64,000 bases of DNA, from positions 5,248,001 to 5,312,000 of the forward strand of contig OY970325.1 of the NCBI GenBank assembly GCA_963717145.1, written 5' to 3'. Below the pieces are notes generated by a model. The model worked only from the letters and a program-made list of their open reading frames with translations, searched no databases and was not told the origin of the DNA. Origin of the DNA: an uncultured Armatimonadetes bacterium (lineage in GTDB: Bacteria; Armatimonadota; UBA5829; DTJY01). The translations under genes and the position numbers were made by a program. Positions 59,126 to 64,000 of this stretch are shown here, piece by piece (within the stretch, counting starts at the first letter, position 1; every line of letters starts with the position of its first letter).

Positions 59126-59891
59126 ATGGCCAGCTCACAAATCGCTGCTCAACTGTACACACTGCGCGAGTTCACTAAGACTCCTGCCGAGATTGCCGAC
59201 ACGATGAAGAAGGTCGCCCAGATTGGCTACGAATCGGTACAGGTCTCAGGCATGGGGAAGATCGACCCGCATGAGCTGAGGAAGATCGTCGATGGCGAGG
59301 GGCTCACGATCTGCTCGACCCACACTTCCTACGACCGCATGAAGAACGAGACCGCCGCCGTCATCGAGGAGCACCACGTGATCGGCTGCAAGCATCCGGC
59401 GGTACGCCAGTATCCCTCAGCAGTTTCGCAACGCTGAGGGATTTCACACGTTCGCGAAAGAAGCCTCCGAGGTGGCACAGAAACTGGCCGAGGGTGGGCT
59501 GACCTGGAGCTACCACAACCACAGCTTCGAACTCGAGAAGTTCGGCGACAAGATCGGCCTCGAGATCCTGCGCTCCGAGAGCGACCCGAAGTACTTCTTC
59601 CTGGAGATCGATACCTACTGGATCCAGCACGGCGGCGGAGACTCGGCGGAGTGGATCACGAAGTGCAAGGGACGCGCTCCGTTGCTCCACCTGAAGGACA
59701 TGGGCAATCAGGGCGGTCAGCCGCTCATGATGGAGATCGGCGAGGGTAACCTCAACTGGCCCAAGATCCTCGATGCCGCCAAGAAATCCGGAGTCGAGTG
59801 GTACATCATCGAGCAGGATGTTTGCCAGCGCGACCCGTTCGAGAGCCTGGCGATCAGCCTGCGGAATCTGAACGCGATGGGGCTAGTGTAG
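59126..59891 (+). CDS. Sugar phosphate isomerase/epimerase (xylose isomerase-like TIM barrel), split by +1 indel
   Basis: QLYTLR, YHNH, EIDTYW, HLKD, EQD; removing one base at ~59404 joins 59126..59437 and 59472..59891. Confidence 0.88.
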
Positions 59892-59894
59892 AGA

Positions 59895-59969
59895 ATGGTT
59901 GATGGGGAATGGTTAATGGTTAATGGGGATGATCCGGTCTGCCATCTGCCATCAACCATCAACCATCAA
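59895..59969. repeat. ATGGTTG heptamer palindromic element
   Basis: atggttgatggggaatggttaatgg ... ccatcaaccatcaaccatc. Confidence 0.8.
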
Positions 59970-59995
59970 GCATCTCCCATTCCCCCTGGAGTGCC

Positions 59996-60532
59996 ATGGA
60001 GCTTGAGACCGAGCGACTGATACTGCGACCGGTGGAAGAGGATGATGCGGCGATCCTTCATCCGCTCATCGACGATGCTGATGTCGCGGCCACGATGCTC
60101 AGCACTCCGCATCCGTACCCGGAAGGCGAATTCCGCGCATTCATCAGGAACGCTCGGGAGTCGCTGGAGCGCCGAGAGCGATACGAGATGGCGATCGTGC
60201 TGAAGGAGACAGGGCTTCCGGTCGGCGCGATCAGGTTCTTCAACATGGCTTGGGAGCATCTGCGATGCGAGACGGGCTGTTGGCTCGGAAAGACGTACTG
60301 GGGCAGAGGATATGCGACCGAGGCCACCGAGGCGATGATCCGATTCGGCTTCGAGGAACTCGGCCTTGAGAGCATACATGCCCACTGCCTGGAGAGCAAC
60401 AAGGCATCCGCGCGGGTGCTCGAGAAGGCGGGGCTCACGCTTGAGGGGAAGATCAGGCGCGCCGTCAGGAAGGGCGACGAGTTCCACGACGTGCTGCTCT
60501 TCGGGATCATCAGGGAGGATTTCGGACGATGA
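59996..60532 (+). CDS. GNAT N-acetyltransferase, RimJ/RimL family
   Basis: LETERLILRP, YWGRGYATEA, NKASARVLEKAG. Confidence 0.92.
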   Translation: MELETERLILRPVEEDDAAILHPLIDDADVAATMLSTPHPYPEGEFRAFIRNARESLERRERYEMAIVLKETGLPVGAIRFFNMAWEHLRCETGCWLGKTYWGRGYATEATEAMIRFGFEELGLESIHAHCLESNKASARVLEKAGLTLEGKIRRAVRKGDEFHDVLLFGIIREDFGR

Positions 60533-61074
60533 AACTTGAAACCGAACGTCTGCTCCTTCGCCCGCTCAAGGACTCAGATGCGGCCGATCTGTATCCGATC
60601 ATCAACGACCCCGAGGTGAGCAACAACCTGCTCGTTCCGCATCCCTTCCCCAAGTCACGGATGCTCCCCTGGATTCGTGAGCGTCGTGAAGCCCTACTGA
60701 ACAAGGAACGGTACATGCTCGCGGTCGTGCCCAGGGAGGTCGGCAAGGCGATCGGCATCTGCGGGCTTATCGGCATCTCGTGGGAGCACATGAACGGCGA
60801 GATGATCTACTGGATCGGCAAGCCGCATTGGGGCAAGGGATACATCACTGAGGCCGGCAGGGAACTCCTCCGCTTCGGATTCGAGGACCTCGGCTTCGAG
60901 CGGATCTCGGTCGGATGCTTCACGCGCAACAAGGCCTCGTCGCGCGTGATCGAGAAGCTCGGGTTTGCATTCGAGGGCTGCTTCCGCCACGAGTTCCGGA
61001 AAGACGGTGAGTACCTCGACGTCCTCCACTACGGGATGCTCCGCGAGGACTACGAGGGGATGGGGAATGGTTGA
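60529..61074 (+). CDS. GNAT N-acetyltransferase, RimJ/RimL family (tandem paralogue)
   Basis: LETERLLLRP, HWGKGYITEA, NKASSRVIEKLG. Confidence 0.92.
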   Translation: MKLETERLLLRPLKDSDAADLYPIINDPEVSNNLLVPHPFPKSRMLPWIRERREALLNKERYMLAVVPREVGKAIGICGLIGISWEHMNGEMIYWIGKPHWGKGYITEAGRELLRFGFEDLGFERISVGCFTRNKASSRVIEKLGFAFEGCFRHEFRKDGEYLDVLHYGMLREDYEGMGNG

Positions 61075-61146
61075 TGGTTCATGGTTTATGGTTGATGGCG
61101 GAATGCTCCCCATGAACCATTGACCATGAACCATCAACCATTCCCC
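61062..61146. repeat. ATGGTTG heptamer palindrome supplying the stop codons of both convergent genes
   Basis: ggggaatggttga ... tcaaccattcccc; both proteins end GNG*. Confidence 0.85.
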
Positions 61147-61901
61147 GGCTCCGGCATCGCCTTTGAGAGCATCTCGAGGAACCCCGGACTCGGCGTGAGT
61201 CCGTACTCCCGGCACAGAGCGATTTCCTTCCATGCGCCGGCGTAGTCACTCTTCGCATATAGCGCAATCGCCAGATTGTGGTGGGCTTCCGCGTAATCCG
61301 GCCTCGATCTCAGAGCCTGGCGATAGTGATCTATCGCCCCGTCCGGATCCCCCTTGCTGATGAGAACGACCCCCATATTGAGGTGCGCCTCCGGGTAGTC
61401 TGGCCGGATCCACAGCGCCTTGGAGTACTCGCTCATGGCCTCATCCACGCTGCCGAGTGTCCTGAAGACTTCCCCCAGGTTGAGGTGCGCCTGCGGGTCA
61501 CTTGGGTCGAGCTCGACAGCGGTGCGGTACTCGGCAACGGCTTCATCCGTCTGACCCAGTTGGAGGAGTGCATGAGCCAGGTTCCCATGAGGCGCGGCCA
61601 GATTCGTGTCCAGCGCGATCGATCTCCTGTATGCCGCGATCGCCTCGTCGATCTTCTGCTGCTGCTCCAGGACAGAGCCCAGGTTGTTGTATACCGTGGG
61701 GTCCTGGGGATTCGCCTTGATCGACTTGTTGTACTCCGCGACGGCCTCATCCAACCTGTCGAGGTCCGACAGCGCGTTCCCAAGATTCGTGTGCACATCA
61801 GCGTAGGTCGAAACGATCGCGAGCGCCTTCCGGTACTCGGCGATCGCGGCTTCGGGATGGCCCTGGTCATAGAGCGCCACCCCGAGATTGTTGTGCATCA
61901 T
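61134..61901 (-). CDS. TPR repeats (3' part of frameshifted TMTC-like gene)
   Basis: Repeated AHxNLG...A...Y..AL...P; removing one base at 61906-61908 joins the upstream ORF (VTQRNFMMHNNLG). Confidence 0.88.
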   Translation of the reverse strand: MMHNNLGVALYDQGHPEAAIAEYRKALAIVSTYADVHTNLGNALSDLDRLDEAVAEYNKSIKANPQDPTVYNNLGSVLEQQQKIDEAIAAYRRSIALDTNLAAPHGNLAHALLQLGQTDEAVAEYRTAVELDPSDPQAHLNLGEVFRTLGSVDEAMSEYSKALWIRPDYPEAHLNMGVVLISKGDPDGAIDHYRQALRSRPDYAEAHHNLAIALYAKSDYAGAWKEIALCREYGLTPSPGFLEMLSKAMPEPGNG

Positions 61902-63225
61902 GAAGTTTCCTCTGAGTCACCGCCAGCGCGTGTCTGCAGAGGGATATCTCGTCCTTCCAGTACCCGGTTTGCCGCCACGTGCCGACCACGCAGGCGGCGA
62001 TGATGAGGACGGCGGGGACGGAGAGTACGGGAGTATGGGGGTATGGGCGTGTGGGAGCGCTGCCGGAGTTCGATCTCCCATACCCCCACACCCCCATACT
62101 CCAATACTCCGCAACCGCCCACGTCAGCGCGATGAACACGCCGATCAGCGGCACATAGGTGTACCTGTCCGCCATCGACTGCGATCCGACCTGCACGAGG
62201 CCGATCACGGGCAGGAGTGTGATGACGAACCACGACCAGCCGACCGCCAGATAGGGCTTTCTCCTCGCGAGGAGGATCACGAGCGCGGTGATGCCGGTCA
62301 GGAGTACGGTCGAACCGATCACCTGCCACACAGGGATGGTGATCCCCCGATGCGGGTAGAAGGCCGCCAGGCCCGTTGGAACGATCATCTTCCAGAGGTA
62401 CCACACCGTGGAAACAAGGGCGTTCGCTACTCGTACGCCGAGCGGGAACCCGCTGATCGCTACAGACCCGCTGGCCTGCTGCGCGAGATAGGTCACGATC
62501 GCGGAGCCGATGGACAGGGCGAAGAGAGGGATCTTCTCGACTATCAGGGCCGTAGGGGAGGTCTTCAACGGCCTCCCGATCCGGGCGGGCGTAGAAGCAC
62601 CGCCCATACGGGAAACGCCGGACCGTTCTAGAGGCCAGAAGTCGATCAGCAGCAGCACGAGCGGGAGGCTGACGAGCATCGGCTTCGACAGCAGCCCGAG
62701 AGCGAACAGCCCTGTGACAAGGGCATACGTGCCGATGCCGGGGCGCTCGACATACCGCACGTAGGCCAGCATCGTGAGCATCCAGAACAGCGCGCTCAGC
62801 ACGTCCTTCCGTTCGGCGACCCATGCCACCGACTCGACGTGCAGCGGGTGAACGGCGAACAGCGCGGCCACGAATGCGCTCCTCCAGATGAATCCGGTCA
62901 TTCGGCGAAGTACGGCGAAAAGGAGCACGACGTTGGCGACATGGAGCAGCAGATTGACGAGGTGTGGGCCGAACGGATCGAGCCCCCAGATCTGGCTGTC
63001 GAGCATGTGGGATATCCACGTGAGCGGGTGCCAGTTTGAGGCGAACATTGCCGTGAACGCCCAGTTGATGTCCGCCCAGTTCAAGCCGTTCTGCACGTGC
63101 GGGTTGCCGAGGATGTACAGCTTGTCATCGAAGACGAAGCCGGCGACGAATACCCTCCAGAACGCTCCCGCAGTCACCACCGCGAGAAGCGCGGCCACTC
63201 CAATGAACCGGCGGTTTTTGTTCAT
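61867..63225 (-). CDS. TMTC-like GT-C membrane glycosyltransferase domain (5' part)
   Basis: FDD..YI..N, NWHPLTW, HPLHVESVAWVAERKD, SKP, ADRYTY; contains two in-frame repeat insertions. Confidence 0.88.
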   Translation of the reverse strand: MNKNRRFIGVAALLAVVTAGAFWRVFVAGFVFDDKLYILGNPHVQNGLNWADINWAFTAMFASNWHPLTWISHMLDSQIWGLDPFGPHLVNLLLHVANVVLLFAVLRRMTGFIWRSAFVAALFAVHPLHVESVAWVAERKDVLSALFWMLTMLAYVRYVERPGIGTYALVTGLFALGLLSKPMLVSLPLVLLLIDFWPLERSGVSRMGGASTPARIGRPLKTSPTALIVEKIPLFALSIGSAIVTYLAQQASGSVAISGFPLGVRVANALVSTVWYLWKMIVPTGLAAFYPHRGITIPVWQVIGSTVLLTGITALVILLARRKPYLAVGWSWFVITLLPVIGLVQVGSQSMADRYTYVPLIGVFIALTWAVAEYWSMGVWGYGRSNSGSAPTRPYPHTPVLSVPAVLIIAACVVGTWRQTGYWKDEISLCRHALAVTQRKLHDAQQSRGGAL

Positions 63226-63242
63226 GCAACCTGCCTCTTGCT

Positions 63243-63298
63243 GTAGGGGAGTCCTTCAACGGACTCCCGGTCGCGGGCGGGCGTTGAAGCCCCCCTAC
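63243..63298. repeat. GTAGGGGAG...CTCCC REP (family also at 26945 and 62552)
   Basis: gtaggggagtccttcaacggactccc ... gggcgttgaagcccccctac; supplies the TAG of the TPR gene. Confidence 0.8.
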
Positions 63299-64000
63299 GG
63301 AGTCTGCAACCCCGGTATCTTTTGGGAGAGCACGGCGATCAGTTGCGGGTTGAGCTTGACGCCCTGCTTCCCGGCTCTCACGATCTGATCCCTGGCCGCT
63401 GCGTAGTCGCCTTTGTAGTAGTAACATCCTGCCAGATTGTTCTGAGCCGCCGCATTGGTCGGACTGATCCGAATCGCCTCGAGGTACTCCGCGATCGCCT
63501 CGTCGTACTTCTTCTGCGACAGAAGCATATTCGCCAGGTTGTTGTGCGCTTCAGAGTACTTGGGGTTCAGTCGGATGGCTTCCGCGTATTCATCCATCGC
63601 GCCGTCCGCGTCCCCGAGTTGCTTCAACACCAGGCCCAGGTTGTAGTGAACCTCCGCGAACTTCGGATCCAGCTCGATCACCCTCCTGAAGGACTCTGCC
63701 GCTTCGTCCATCCTGCCGAGCGCCATCTGGGACTTCCCGACGCCGTAGTAAGCACTCGACTGGTCGGGCGACTGCTCCAGGAACTCGTTGAATTGCCCGA
63801 TCGCGTCCTCATACCTGCCCATCACCGCATATGCATTTGCCAGGTTGCCGTGAGCCTCAGCGTAATCCGGATTGCATGCCAGGGCGGCCACATAACACTC
63901 CACCGCCTTGTCGAACTCCTTGCGCTCGGAGTAGATGTTGCCCAGATTCATATGCCCGTACGCGTATCGTGGGTTGATCTCCAGCGCCTCGGCATAGTGC
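63295..64000 (-). CDS. TPR-repeat protein (partial, runs off the window)
   Basis: Multiple TPRs; C-terminus resembles that of 61134..61901. Confidence 0.88.
   Translation of the reverse strand, partial: HYAEALEINPRYAYGHMNLGNIYSERKEFDKAVECYVAALACNPDYAEAHGNLANAYAVMGRYEDAIGQFNEFLEQSPDQSSAYYGVGKSQMALGRMDEAAESFRRVIELDPKFAEVHYNLGLVLKQLGDADGAMDEYAEAIRLNPKYSEAHNNLANMLLSQKKYDEAIAEYLEAIRISPTNAAAQNNLAGCYYYKGDYAAARDQIVRAGKQGVKLNPQLIAVLSQKIPGLQTP

Overview
GC-rich bacterial chromosomal window; Armatimonadota is inferred from lineage-typical membrane and C-terminal domain families. The core genes encode secreted glycoside hydrolases, two Tat-exported sulfatases, a PdtaS/PdtaR-like ANTAR two-component pair, an M32 carboxypeptidase, a ProA-like dehydrogenase, His6-type HisA, a TolC/MacA/MacB-like exporter, GNATs and TMTC/TPR proteins. 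Three lower-GC defence islets interrupt them: (1) HNH-fused N6-MTase plus a PD-(D/E)xK protein, (2) a zinc-hook ABC ATPase plus a Mrr-like nuclease, (3) an Eco29kI-like nuclease plus an HTH-fused MTase. There is also hicBA and a secreted fibre/collagen operon. Most notable non-standard signals: (a) two paralogous cytoplasmic helical+Fn3-like genes, each separated from a defence islet by a phased array of palindromic sites (85-bp and 22-bp periods), one flanked by a shared hairpin motif and a UUCG terminator; (b) many unrelated palindromic repeat families, several inserted in frame inside protein genes or supplying their stop codons; (c) a recurring AGG(A/G)-N17/18-GAA(T/C) SigH-like promoter; (d) a duplicated promoter/signal-peptide segment enclosing an uncalled 54-aa ORF. 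About eight genes are split by single-base indels, most likely long-read assembly errors. No rRNA, tRNA, CRISPR array, integrase or transposase was recognised. All family assignments come from motif recognition by eye, not database searches.
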